64,000 nt of DNA, taken from NCBI GenBank assembly GCA_001643675.2, contig LSRY02000062.1, positions 248,001 to 312,000 on the forward strand, in the 5' to 3' direction. Every line of letters starts with the position of its first letter. Within the stretch, counting starts at the first letter, position 1. Below the pieces are notes generated by a model. It searched no databases. It was not told the origin of the DNA and saw only the letters and a list, made by a program, of their open reading frames with translations. Below are positions 11,519-23,861 of this stretch, one piece after another. Position numbers and translations under genes: made by a program. Source of the stretch: Monocercomonoides exilis PA203 (Eukaryota; Protista; Preaxostyla).

Positions 11519-11759
11519 AAAAAAGTATAATTTTTGCAAAATTTTGTAGAAAAAATAGTTATCACTTCAAAAGATTTTATTTTATTCACTTCATAAAATT
11601 GGAAGAGAGAAATATAAGGATAGTTATCATTCCGAAATTTATTTATTTATTTTATAAAAAAATTTCAATAATTGAACTAATTATCTATGAGTCAATTGTG
11701 TTGAAGAAGATCAAAAAATATGAAAAATATTATGGCGAAGTTTTAAGCCTTATTTTCTC

Positions 11760-14700
11760 ATGGAAAATTCAGCAGAAGCAAGATCTGACAAATGCTCAAA
11801 AATAGCTAAATTCGTGCCAGTTGTTAGAACAAAGGAGATTTCAGAGCAAAGAATGAATCTTCCGATATATTCTGAAGAATCAATAATCATGGATTCTTTG
11901 TTAACGCACCATGTAATTATAATTTGTGGTGAAACTGGGAGCGGAAAAACTACTCAAGTTCCACAATTTTTGTGGGAAGCCGGATACGGACATCCTAATA
12001 GCGAATTTCCAGGAATGATTGGAGTAACACAACCTCGCCGTATTGCTGCAACATCCGTTTGTGAAAGAGTAGCTACTGAACTTAACGAAATTGGAACAGG
12101 AACCGTTGGATACCAAATCAGATATGAATCACATCTTCTTTCGGAAAAAACAAAGTTAAAATTTATGACTGATGGTATCCTTCTTCGTGAGATTGAAAGC
12201 GACTCTTTACTAAAAAAGTACTCTGCCATTATTCTTGATGAAGCTCACGAAAGAACTATTAACACTGACATCCTTATTGGACTTTTGTCGCGAATTGTTG
12301 TATCTCGTGCGCGTAATGCCAGGTTATCGTCATCAAAAAATAGCTTTTCAAAACTTTCTCCTTTAAAACTGATTATCATGTCGGCCACATTGCAAGTGGA
12401 ACAGTTTACTCAGAACAGAAGATTATTCCCGTTTGAGATCCCAATCATTAGAATTCCTGGGAGACAATACCCAGTATGCTTCAATTTTTCGAAAATTGAG
12501 TATTCGATTCAATTTGAAACTCAAATATTTCATTTTTTTTTGATAAAAATTTAAAATACTAGATAACAATACATTTTTCTCGAGTCACTCCGCCTCATAC
12601 AGAATATATTAACTCTGTAATCAACAAAGTTGGACAGATTCATACGAAATTGCCTCCAGGTAACGTACTTGTGTTTTTGACCGGAAAAGAAGAAGTGGAC
12701 AACAGTGTTGGAATTCTGAGGGAAAAATATGGATGGAAAAAGAAATCTGTGTTGATAGGGGAAAAAAAAAATTACTCAGAAGATGATTCAATAAATAGGC
12801 AAAAAGTTGGAAAAGATACGGAGATATCAGGAATAGATGAAAAGTCAAGTGACAACAAGAAAAACGATGAAGATGACGGAGAAGAAAATGAAGAAGAAGA
12901 AGAAGTTGATAAGCACGAAAAGGAAGAGCACATGCAATTTAGTTTTTTTGAGGGAGAAGACGATGTGGAGGAGATGATGGAGACAGGTTCTGTAAGCTCA
13001 AATGAAGAAAAGCCAACTGAACAAAAGAAGGCAAGCTTCAAACAGATTGACAATAAAGGAAAATTACTTGGCAAGAATAAGGATATGCAGCATGGCAAAG
13101 CGGAGGATGAGAGAGATGAGACTGATAAAGAAACAAGTCAAGGAATGTCAATTGAATTTGATGAAGAAAATACAATGAAGCGAAAAAGAGGAGGGAAAAG
13201 GGAACGAGAGAAGCAGATGAGACGGGCAAAAATGGAAGAAAAGAGATTGAAAGAGAAAAACAGAAAGGGATTTTTTTCTGAAGATGACAGCAGCGATTCA
13301 AGTGATGGGAATCATTTTGAGAGGGAAAAAGTCAAACATGAAAATCAGAAGAACCAAGAAAAGGCAAAAAAAGAAATAAAAAACGAAAAACAGAAAAAAA
13401 AATTGGAAAAGCATGTTTCCGATAGCAGTGACGAAGATGATAAAGAAGAAGATGAAGACAAAGAAGAAGAGGATGAGGAAGAAAATGAACATTCAGAAAA
13501 TGCAAGTGAAGAAGATGAAGAAGAGGAAGAAAAAGACGATGAAGAGGAAGAAAAAGACGATGAAGAGGAAGACGAAGACGAAGATAGCGATTTATTGGAA
13601 GACAGCGAAGAGGATTTCTTTGGTAATTTTTTGAGAGGAAAAACGGAAAAAAAGAGGAAAATTGAAGAAGAAAGCGAATCTGAGGGAAAAGACGAAAAGA
13701 GTTTGGATACAAGTGAGGAAGAAAATGATGATGATGAAGAGGAGGAAGAGGAGGAAGAAGAAGACAATGAAAGTGAAAGTGAATCACAGAATGATGATGA
13801 CATTGCAAAAAATACACGAAAGAATAGAAAATCGATGAAAAAAGCAGAAAATCCAACAAATGAAGATATTTCTGACTCAGATGACGAAAACTCCACAAGC
13901 GGTGATTCCAATGAATCAAGTGAACCAGAAGAAGGAAGAAGGAAGAAAGAGGATAAAGAAGAAGAGGAAGAAGAAGAAAGTGAAGATGATGAAGATGGCA
14001 ATAGAGATGACGAGGAAGAGGAGCAAAGCAGTGCTCAAAGTGAGAGTGGAAGCGAGTCTGAAAGTGAGTCAGCGTTCGAAGACGACGAGGAAGATGAATG
14101 TTATGTGGTGTATCCTTCGAACTGGAAAGGAGCAGAGCAGTCGCAGAATTCATCTTCAGCTGCTTCAAAGGATAAGAAAGAAGATGAGTTTCTTCCAGGA
14201 TACCATCGAATAAAGAATCCTGGTGTGTCAATAGATGAAAGCGATCAGCTGCTCGCAACGTCTGCTGTTTTGCCTCCATCTTTGGCGCCTGCCTCTTCAG
14301 CAGCTGGCAATGCTTCTGATAATCCTTCTTCTGCTTCTTCTTTTGAATCTTCTTCCTCTTCATCCACAAAGAAGGTGAAAAGAAAGAGAGAGCACACGCA
14401 GATTCCAATGTATGTCCTTCCTTTGTATTCGCTCCAGCCAATCAAGCAGCAAAAGCTTGTTTTTTCGCCTCCTCCGTTCATTCACGAGCTGGAAAAGGAG
14501 CAGAAACAGAGAAAAAAGAAGGAAAGAATTGAAAGGCGTGAGAAACTGCTGAAGGCAAAAAGATTGCTTTGGAAGAAGAAGAGCAAAAAGATGAGCCAAA
14601 CACAGAAGGAAGAGCAGGAAAAGAAAGATGAGGAAGAAGTTGATGAAGTGATGGCGCAAGAGGAAGAGGAGGAAGAGGAGAAGGAAAAAGAGGAGGCACG

Positions 14701-17700
14701 AAGAGCCGAAGAAAGAGGGTACTCGACGCTGTATCGGCTGGTTGTGGTTGCGACGAATGTTGCTGAGACGTCGCTGACTATTCCAGGCATCCGATATGTT
14801 GTGGACTGTGGGAAAGTGAAGAAGAAGATGTACTGCACAGCCGAGGAGGAGGAGATGAGGAGGGCAGAGGAGGAAGAGAAGGAGAAGGAGAAGAAGGAGA
14901 AGGAGAAGAAGGAGAAGGAGAAGAAGGAGAGAGAGAAAAAGCCATCTGTAAACATATCCTCTGACAAAGATACATCAGAGGCATTTAAACCTGACTCATC
15001 ATCATCATCATCATTATATCAATCTGAAAGTGGAATAGTTCGCTTCAATGTGCTTTGGACATCGCGAGCGTCAGCTGACCAGCGTGGCGGGCGGTCGGGG
15101 CGTGTGGGGCCTGGCCATGTGTATCGGCTGTTCTCATCTGCTGTGTTTCTGTCTCAGTTCTTCGCATTCGACACGCCAGAGATTGTGAGGACGCCGCTGG
15201 ATGGGGTGGTGCTGAGTCTGCTGCGGATGAAGATTACAAACGTGACGCTGTTCCCGTTTCCGACGGCGGTGCCGCTGGAGGTGGTGAGAGGGGCGGTTGA
15301 GAGGCTGATGCACATCCAGGCGGTGAGGTGGGACGAGAGGAGGAAGATGCAGCTGATGCTGAGGGAGAAGGAGATGAAGGAGATGAAAGAAGGAAGATTC
15401 AGTGATTATGCAATCACGTCGTGGAGTTTGCTGAATGGAACAAAAGATGGGTCAAAAGTGCAGTCAGAGAAAGAGAAAGAGAAGAGAAAGAGAACAAAAG
15501 AAGGTGCTTTGGATGAAGATGGAGAGATTGCAGATGAAACGAACTTCATAATGACAGCCTCAGAAATTGAAGACGAGATGAAAAAGCAGAAAGAAGCCCG
15601 CATTCAACTCGCTTCTTCTTCATCATCAGCAACTTCTTCAGGTTTGACGAGCACTTCTTCTTCTGTTATTGCTGCTTCTGCTGAGTATGATGAGGAAAGT
15701 GATGATGCAGGAGATGTATACGCTGAAGAGAATACAAAAAACAGTGCTGCTCATAAATCAACGAGTGAAGAAGACGAAGAAGATGATGAAGATTCCTGGT
15801 GGAAAAAAGGAATGATATTCTCAAAGATGCCAAAAGGAAAGCAAAATGGCACTTCTTCTTCTTCTTCAAATTCATATTCAGATAAAATAACACAAAAAGA
15901 TGCAAATGACAAAAAAGGAAGAAACAAATCAGATAAGTCCAGAAATGCCTCAGATGAACCAAATACGCTTTTGATGTCTGAAGAAGAGGCGAAAGCGGAG
16001 CGGAAGCGAAAGAGGCAGGAGAAAGAGCGTATGCTGATGATGGAGCATCTGCAGATCACGCCAATTGGAGAAATGGTGGCTGTGCTGCCCTTGGCGCCTC
16101 GCTTTGGGAAGATGATTGTGACGCTTGTTATTCCGCTTGTGCAGAAGGAGAGGGAGCGAGAAAAGCTGCTGAGGAAGTACAGAAGACTGAGCCAGAGGAA
16201 AGTGGGATCTTTGATGTCATCTTCGAGTGCAGATGGAGCAGAGACAGGACTCATTCGGAAGACGATTATGGAGAAATATGCAGAAATCTGCCGTCTCATC
16301 CGTCTGGTTGCGTATTCCATTGCATTTGTGGCAGCAACGAGTGTGCGGGAGCTGTTTCTGAGTCCCTTGGAGATCGGCTCTTCTTCTTATTTCAAGCGGC
16401 TGAGGGCACAAAAGATGAAAGAGCAAAAGAAGGTGGATTGGCGAGAAAAGCCAGAAAAGTCCAAAAAGACTGCTTCTTCTGGTGGAATCACGCCACACGA
16501 GGTGTTTGCAGCTATTCGCCAGACATGGGTGCAGTTCTCTTTTCAGAGCGATTATCTTGCAATGATGGCAGCAGTGTGTGCATTCTCACACGAATTTGTG
16601 GGGAGGAACGGAGAAATTAAGAAGGGAGATAACTTCAAAGAGAGAACTGGAGGACAAAATGAACATGAAGAAAAAGAGGATGACGATCAGAAACAGAATG
16701 AGGCAAAACCAAAAAGGCAGATGAACTACATGAAGAAGATGGACAACTGGTGCATGGAGAACGGGATCCGCCTCAAATCGATGTTGGAAGCGCAGAAAAT
16801 GAGGCAGCAGCTTTCGATGATTGTTGCACGAACAATTACGCAGCAGATTCAGCAAGTTGAGAAGAAAGGTGATTCAACAAGTGGAACAGAAGATGTGATC
16901 TTCTTTGACGATGGCAACGGGAAAGGGAAGAACGGACTGTCTTCTTTGGAAGGGCAGCAGAACATCCCAATTGGAGACAATGTGATAGAAAATGAACTCT
17001 CAGAAACAGAGCAAAGAGGAAAAGACATCTCAACATCAAAAGCAATAATTTCACATGAGCCTCCATATCTGTCACCCTTGTTGTTCACACAGCTTCTTCA
17101 TTCCTTTGTCGATCCTCACCTGCCTCCTCCGTCGCGTGCAGAGTCTATCTTGCTCAAACAGAGCATCGCCTCCGGGCTAATTGACCATGTTGGCTTTCTT
17201 GTTGATGTGGAAGTGCCTGTTGTGTCAAATGAGCAGTCATCAGCAGGTGCAGTGACGATGCGAAGGCGAAAAATGTACAAGGCGAGTGGCATCTGGACGA
17301 TGGAGAGCGGCCTCTCGTCGTCTGCCTCGGCGGAAGCGAAGCGTGCTGCTGTGCTCTCGCGCTTCTGCCTCATTGAACAAGGCTCCTTTGCTCTGTCTGC
17401 AGAAGGAGATGTGCAGTCCAGCCATCTTCTGCCGCGCTGTGTTGTGTTTGGCGATGTGCTGAAGACGAGCTCAGAGCAGCTTTCGTTGAGAGGAGTGACT
17501 GAAATCAGCCCTGCATGGCTGCTCCACTTGGCGTCTTCGTCGCTGCTGTCGCCGTCGACTATCATCATCCCGCAAAGCACACTGCAACACACCCTCAATA
17601 CACCCACTTTTCTGACTGAGTCTTCATTTCATCGCTCGCTCTCCACTTCAATTCAGCCTTCTTCCTCAGACATTTCAAAGAGAACAGCCTTGTTCCGCTC

Positions 17701-18531
17701 ACTCACATCTTTCACCTACTCTCCTCTGCTGGACGATGTGGTTGCCATCGTCACAGCCTCCTACCAGCCTCTTCTGCAGCCTCTTCCACCGACACTGCTG
17801 CCTCTCACACACACCACAGCCACTCGTTCTTCTTCTGCCCTTTCCTTTTTGTTCTTCCTCTGCGCTGGCTTTGTCTTCCCGAGGGCGTGGGAGAAGCTGT
17901 CGGAGGAGGCCAGGCAGTCTCTCTGGAACGCTGCGGAATGCTTTTTGGAGATGCTGCAGAAGGAGTGTGGAGAAAATGAACAGAGCAGCAAGGCAGTTGG
18001 AGTTCATTCTTCTTCTTCCTGGCAATGCCTGAAGATGCTCAGGAGGTTTTTATCTCCTCCGCTCTGGGCAAATCAAAACTTTTCTCATACAAAGCATTCA
18101 TTATCTGACATATGGTATGCCTTTATTTATTTAAACATGCATGAAATGTTTTGTCAATTAATATTTATTTTTCTGCTTTTGTTCCTACATTTAATTATTT
18201 TTCTCTATTTGACCACATATATGTTTATACATATACTGAACTAATTTTTAGGAAAAGAGAGAAATACATGAATCTTCCTGTTGAGCATTCATTTCTTTGG
18301 AAGGAATTTCTTCTGCTGGTCCCACAACGCTGCCAAAAGGAAATTCATTCAATTTGGCCTTTTTCAGAAAGCGACACAATTTCAACACAAAAACATAAGC
18401 ATTTGGAGATTATGCAAAAGCAGAAAATTAAAAAAAATAAAGCAAATACTCAGCATGATATGAAAAATCATTCAACTCAAAGCAGTGAGAATGAAACAAA
18501 CAACATTTTAGATGATATTCTTGGACTATAA
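11760..18531 (+). CDS. DHX37: DEAH-box RNA helicase DHX37/Dhr1, about 2180 aa with large low-complexity insertions
   Basis: GETGSGKTTQVPQFLWEAGYG, TQPRR, DEAH, SAT, LVFLTG, VLPLYSL, VATNVAETSLTIPG, ASADQRGGRSGRVGPGHVYRLFSSAVF. Introns 12474-12562 and 18115-18251. Confidence 0.92.
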
Positions 18532-18744
18532 CAAAATATTTTTAAATTTTTGAAAAAAAACAACAATTAAGTGACTATTTATTATATGCTCACGAAATCA
18601 GTTTAATGAATTCTTTTCATTATTATTTTTCAAAATTCAAAATAGAAAGAGAAAATTATTTCAACCATATTTTAAATATTTTTCTTTGATCATGAAATTC
18701 CGAATATTAAATTTTAGATTTACAAAATTGTAAATAAAGTAAGC

Positions 18745-19590
18745 ATGTTCTTCTTGCTTTTTGCTTCAGTTTTAGCCGAATCTATTGTCGAAACAGTTAA
18801 CAACGATCCAACCTCCACATGGGTTGCAGTTGAATATCCAGCATCAGTGATCACCCGCGCCAAATTCCTTTCCCGCCTGGGAACATATGTTCCAAAATAT
18901 GAGGAAACAACATATGAGCCATCAAAAGACTTCCCAGAAAACTTCGATGCCCGTGAACAATGGCCAGGAAAGATCCTCCCAGTCCGTGACCAAGCTTCAT
19001 GCGGATCGTGCTGGGCTTTCTCAGTTGCTGAAACAATGGGAGATCGTATGGAAATTGCTGGATGCGGACTTGGTGACATGGCGCCACAAGATCTTGTTTC
19101 ATGCGACACAACCGACATGGGATGCAATGGAGGATACATGGATCATGCCTTCAACTGGCTCAAGAGTCACGGTATCGCAACCGAGAAATGCATGCCATAC
19201 CAATCAGGAAGCGGACGTGTTCCAGCTTGCCCAACAAAATGCCAGAACGGATCTGCAATTGAACGCACAAAATGTGCTTCATGGGAACAACTCTCAGCCA
19301 AGGACATGCAATTCGAACTCATGAACAACGGTCCATTGTCAGTTGCATTCACAGTCTACTATGATTTCATGAACTACAAGAGCGGTGTCTATGTTCACAA
19401 GACCGGTGGAATCGCTGGTGGACACGCTGTCATGTGCATTGGATGGGGTGTTGAGGACAACACACCATACTGGTTGTGCCAGAACTCATGGGGACCAGCA
19501 TGGGGAGAGAAAGGACACTTCAAGATTCTCCGTGGATCAAACCACTGCGGAATTGAAGGAACCGTTATTGCTCCAGCTGTTAAGTGCTAA
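18745..19590 (+). CDS. Cathepsin B-like papain-family cysteine protease (C1A), intronless
   Basis: Signal peptide, RDQASCGSCWAF, GCNGG, YKSGVY, GGHAV, QNSWG, ILRGSNHCGIE. Confidence 0.96.
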   Translation: MFFLLFASVLAESIVETVNNDPTSTWVAVEYPASVITRAKFLSRLGTYVPKYEETTYEPSKDFPENFDAREQWPGKILPVRDQASCGSCWAFSVAETMGDRMEIAGCGLGDMAPQDLVSCDTTDMGCNGGYMDHAFNWLKSHGIATEKCMPYQSGSGRVPACPTKCQNGSAIERTKCASWEQLSAKDMQFELMNNGPLSVAFTVYYDFMNYKSGVYVHKTGGIAGGHAVMCIGWGVEDNTPYWLCQNSWGPAWGEKGHFKILRGSNHCGIEGTVIAPAVKC

Positions 19591-20428
19591 ATAATTCAAA
19601 AACTGTTTTGGAACAGTTGAGGATATAGTTATTTTTTATTTTTGAAATTTCATTTTTTGTTGTGAGTGCTCTAACAAGCAATTACAACATAAAAGAATTG
19701 TTTTTTATTATTCAAAAAAAAATATTTATGAAAATAAAATGAAAAAGACAGAATAATATGAGAATTTATTAATTATCAACAAAAAATGAATTGAGAAATA
19801 AAAATTTGTTTGGAGTTTTTGCAAGACGAAGTTAATTTTTTGAAAAAGTTTAGGCCTAATTGGTTATTTTATTTTTGTTTTTTGCATTCAAAGTTTTGCA
19901 TGTTAAAGATATTATTTTCCTGTAGTTTTAAAAATATGTTCATTGATGAGAGTTTCTTTTAAATGAATGAGGGTTTTTCAAATGGGACGATATTTTTTGC
20001 TTCATGAATTTTGTTCCTCACAGTTGTTTCAAAGATTTTTCTGGACTTTTATTATATTTCTATATTTCAAATTGCAATGTAATGCCAGAATTATAATTAT
20101 GCAATTGCAGTAATTTTTTGGAACAAATCGTTGAATTTTTGATAAATGCAAGAATTTTGTACCAAATGAGAATTTTTTTTTTATTAACTGAATTCTTTTA
20201 TTGATGCTTTAAATTGAATATAAAAATTTTTATTTTATGATGCAAATTTTTAATTTTTAGCAAAATGAACATTTGAAAACTTATGTTCTATTGTTTCTGT
20301 TTACAACACAAAAAATTGTTCTAATAAAAACGAAAAATGAATGCATACATAAAATGTAATTCATAATTATAAATATTTGGTAATTATCCTTTTGGTTCTT
20401 TTTGATTATTATCAATAATCCTGATTAA

Positions 20429-22030
20429 TTACTGTGGTGGATCAATTTCAGCAAACAATGATGGGAATCTAGAATAAAGTGCAATTGCGTGCTGAATTTC
20501 TCTCTCATCGACCCACTCTCCAATCTTATGAGTATTTTGTTCATATCCTGCACCGAAGCCGAACATAGCTGGATGTTTGTATTCTCCAGTTGTCACCCAT
20601 TTCTTTGCAGGAGTAACAGCAATAGATGTGTCTGAAACAGGGATAGGATATCCGACACCGTCAGTTGAGAAGATCCAGCGAGCAACACGTGGTTCTCTCT
20701 TGATGGCTTCTTTGGTTTCCTTGTGTGATGCTGGAATAACTGGAGTAATCACTCTCTTGTATGACTCAACAGCAGCTTTGATAACTGGGTGATCTTCTGG
20801 AGTAACCCACGACATGTAAATCTGGTCGTTGTCTGGTGGTGTTCCCTTCCATGATGGGTCTGTGTAACGAGGAACAGAAACAGTGACTGTGCACCCAGCA
20901 GCACGAGCAGCCTTCACTGATTCAAATGATTCAACATCAGCAACAGCTTCTTTTGGCGACTCGCCAGCAGTCAAACGACGATCAAAGCGGAATGTGAATC
21001 TTTCTGGAACAGCGCAATCAGAAGGTGTGGCAAGACGTGCATCTGATGCAACACGCGTTCCCTTTCCGAGGAAAGGATCATCCTTGAATCCAATTCCCTT
21101 TTCGTATCTCTCTCTTGCTTCTTTAATGATGTTCGATCCGAACTCCAGAGGATTAACTCCCATCCAAGGCATGGAACCGTGGCATGATTTACCAATAACA
21201 TCAACTTCAATTTGCATTCTGCCTCTCTGTCCACGATAAATACCCAGTGCACCAAGTTCAGAGCATCCAGTACCTTCGGTATGGATGACACAATCTGGGA
21301 TTTTATCAGCTCCTGCTCCTGGAAGCTCCTTCCTAACGACATACATTGGCCCTCCCCCATCATTATCCTCTTCAGCAACTGTACCATAGCATCTAACGAT
21401 AACTCCTCTCAGAGCTCCTTCTGCTTTCAATTCAAGCATGATCTTTGAAGCAATAATTTCACCAACAACTCCAGCAAGTTGATCGGCTGAGCCACGCCCA
21501 AAGATGCAATGATTAAATTCAGAGTCTGGTGGAAGATAGCCCAATTGTGATTCGAGAAACTTACGATCGATGTGTTTTGGATCAATCAATCCATCATAGC
21601 AATCAATTCCTCCAATTTTCTCTCTCCACGCTGGACGAAGAGCATTTACAGTATCTGTATGTCCATCAAAATACACAACTTTCTTTTTGTCTCTTGGGGT
21701 TGAATCTTCTTTATCTTCAACAACCCATGAAAGGTTTCCAAATCCATCAAAGCAAACATCTTCTGGCTTTTCAACTGCTCCATGCTTTATAATCATGTCC
21801 ATCATGTATTTAATTCGAGGATATTCGTGATTGCTCAAACCGCATCTTGGATCTCCACCCTAAAAAAAATGAGATAAATATAACAAAAAAAGTTAAAACT
21901 ATCAAACCTCTGCTGGAGATTTGTCAACATAATCAGCTGGTATACGGATGCATTCAGCTAATATCTCTCTTGCAAGAGGAGTATATTTCTCTGCGAGAGC
22001 AGAAATTTTTTTATCCAAAGGAGTTGCCAT
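20429..22030 (-). CDS. M20-family metallo-amidohydrolase, YgeY-like (about 517 aa; one intron 21860-21907)
   Basis: FDGHTDTV, GRGSADQ, AEED, YRGQRGRMQIEV, SCHGSMP, DRRLT, WIFSTDGV, GFGAGYEQNTH. Exon 1 is MATLWIKK.. from ATG 22030. Confidence 0.85.
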
Positions 22031-22404
22031 CTTCACAACTTTAAAAGTTGATCCAATTTGCATACTTTAAAATAAATGCAAAAACGTTATGCACAATTTA
22101 ACTTTCAAAACAACAATATTTATTTTGAATCGTCTTAAGTTAAAATTCAAAAATGAGTTCTAGGAAAGTGTATTTTAGAAAAATGAAACTGTTTTCCATT
22201 TATAACAAAATTTTCATCAAAAAAACACTTCAACATTGGAAAGATATATTTTCAGTAACTTTAAATAAAGTTTATTGTTTTTATTTGTATTCTTGCTACC
22301 AATTTTCCCAAATTCAAGCAGTGTTTGAAATTCTTATCAGAAAATTTTTAATTCGCCTTTATTCTTTCATGTTGGGCATAAAGATCATATTTTTTGATAT
22401 TTTC

Positions 22405-22949
22405 ATGACAAACTCTTTGCATGCCCAAAAGAATGAGGACAAAATCGATGAAAGTGTTAGAGAGCCACTTGGTTTGTTGTTTAATTTTGCATATTAATAT
22501 TTTTTTAACTGAAAATTTTCTTTTGAACACAATAATAATTTATTTATTTTTTAAATTGCAATTTTAGATTTAATAAGGCTTTCTCTTAGCGAAAGAGTAG
22601 TCATCAAATTAAGAGGGGAGCGTGAATTGCGTGGAATGCTTCATGTATTTTCTTTTAATATTTATATCGTTTTCATCCATTATTGTTCATATTTTTACAA
22701 CAGGCTTATGATCAGCATTTAAATATTCTTCTTTCTGATGTTGAGGAAACGATCAACATTGTGGATGTGGATCCGGAAACTGGAGAAGAAATTGCAAACG
22801 TTTGTTAAAAGTTATTGCCATACAATTATTTGTAGATTTTTTAATTGTAAATGTATAATTTCCAGTCTCAAAAAAAGCATCACCCTCTTATGTTCGTGCG
22901 TGGGGATCTTATTATCCTTATATCTCCTCCTCTAAGACTTAGTCATTGA
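22405..22949 (+). CDS. LSM3: U6 snRNA-associated Sm-like protein LSm3 (4 exons; missed by ORF track)
   Basis: Spliced: ..[64 protein letters not shown]. Confidence 0.93.
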
Positions 22950-23861
22950 TTTGTAACTCATTTCATATCATTTCACAGACATTCATTTCATCTGAACGTT
23001 GTGTGAATTTCAAAATTGCATTTGTTGTGTTTGTTGAAGCAATTAAAGTGGTTTTCATAAATTTGTATAATGAATATTTAAGTTACTTTGAATTTCTTTG
23101 GTTGTTAATAATTCATATTGTGAGAAGTTTTTCAATTTTCTAATAATATTTTTATTTGTTATATTTTTAAATTTTAATTGAATCCAATAAATATTTTCAT
23201 TTAACAGTTCGTTGATAAATTATTTTTTTAAAATCAAAGTACGCTCGTCTTTGATAGAAAAGGAGAAATAAACATTTTGTCATATATTCAAACCAAAAAT
23301 CGTGAGAAGCTTGTTGAGAGACTTAAATGAGAATTTTTGGTTGTAATAGAAGATGCGTGATATATCAATTTTCCTAAATCTGCATGAATGTGTCCTTAAT
23401 ACATATTTTTATGTTGCACGCTCTTCATAAATATCATTTTGAACGAATGTTTTTTTTTTTTTTTTATTTTTTTTTTGAATCAAAATAAATTATTTTTGTG
23501 AAAATAAAAAGATACCCTATTTAAATGCAAAATGTTCAAATTCAATTTGAAATTTCAAAAATATGAAAAAACTTTGTAAATAATGAGGGGGAAAGAGATA
23601 ATTAACTTTATCACACAAACAATTTCTATACTTGTGAAAATATGTGTTTGAAAAAAATAAAAGTAATAATTTATTTACAAACTCAATCGATAGACAACAA
23701 AACAATTATTTCATTTAACAACATTTATCAAAGCTTTTTTCAAACAAAAATTCTTGTTTTAACTTTTCATAAACTCTGTTTTGAAAATCTTTCATTATAT
23801 TCTTTGTAAGAATATTTGAAATTTATTTCCAGAATTTTTAATTGACTCAATCGATAAATAC

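Noticed and set aside
13518-14935. 21-bp and 15-bp tandem repeats as a CRISPR-like array
   Set aside because: In-frame coding repeats (EEEEKDD, KEKKE) without unique spacers.
12772-17991. Many minus-strand ORFs rich in S/F/L/H opposite DHX37
   Set aside because: Antisense shadows of GA-rich acidic/basic coding sequence; no motifs of their own.
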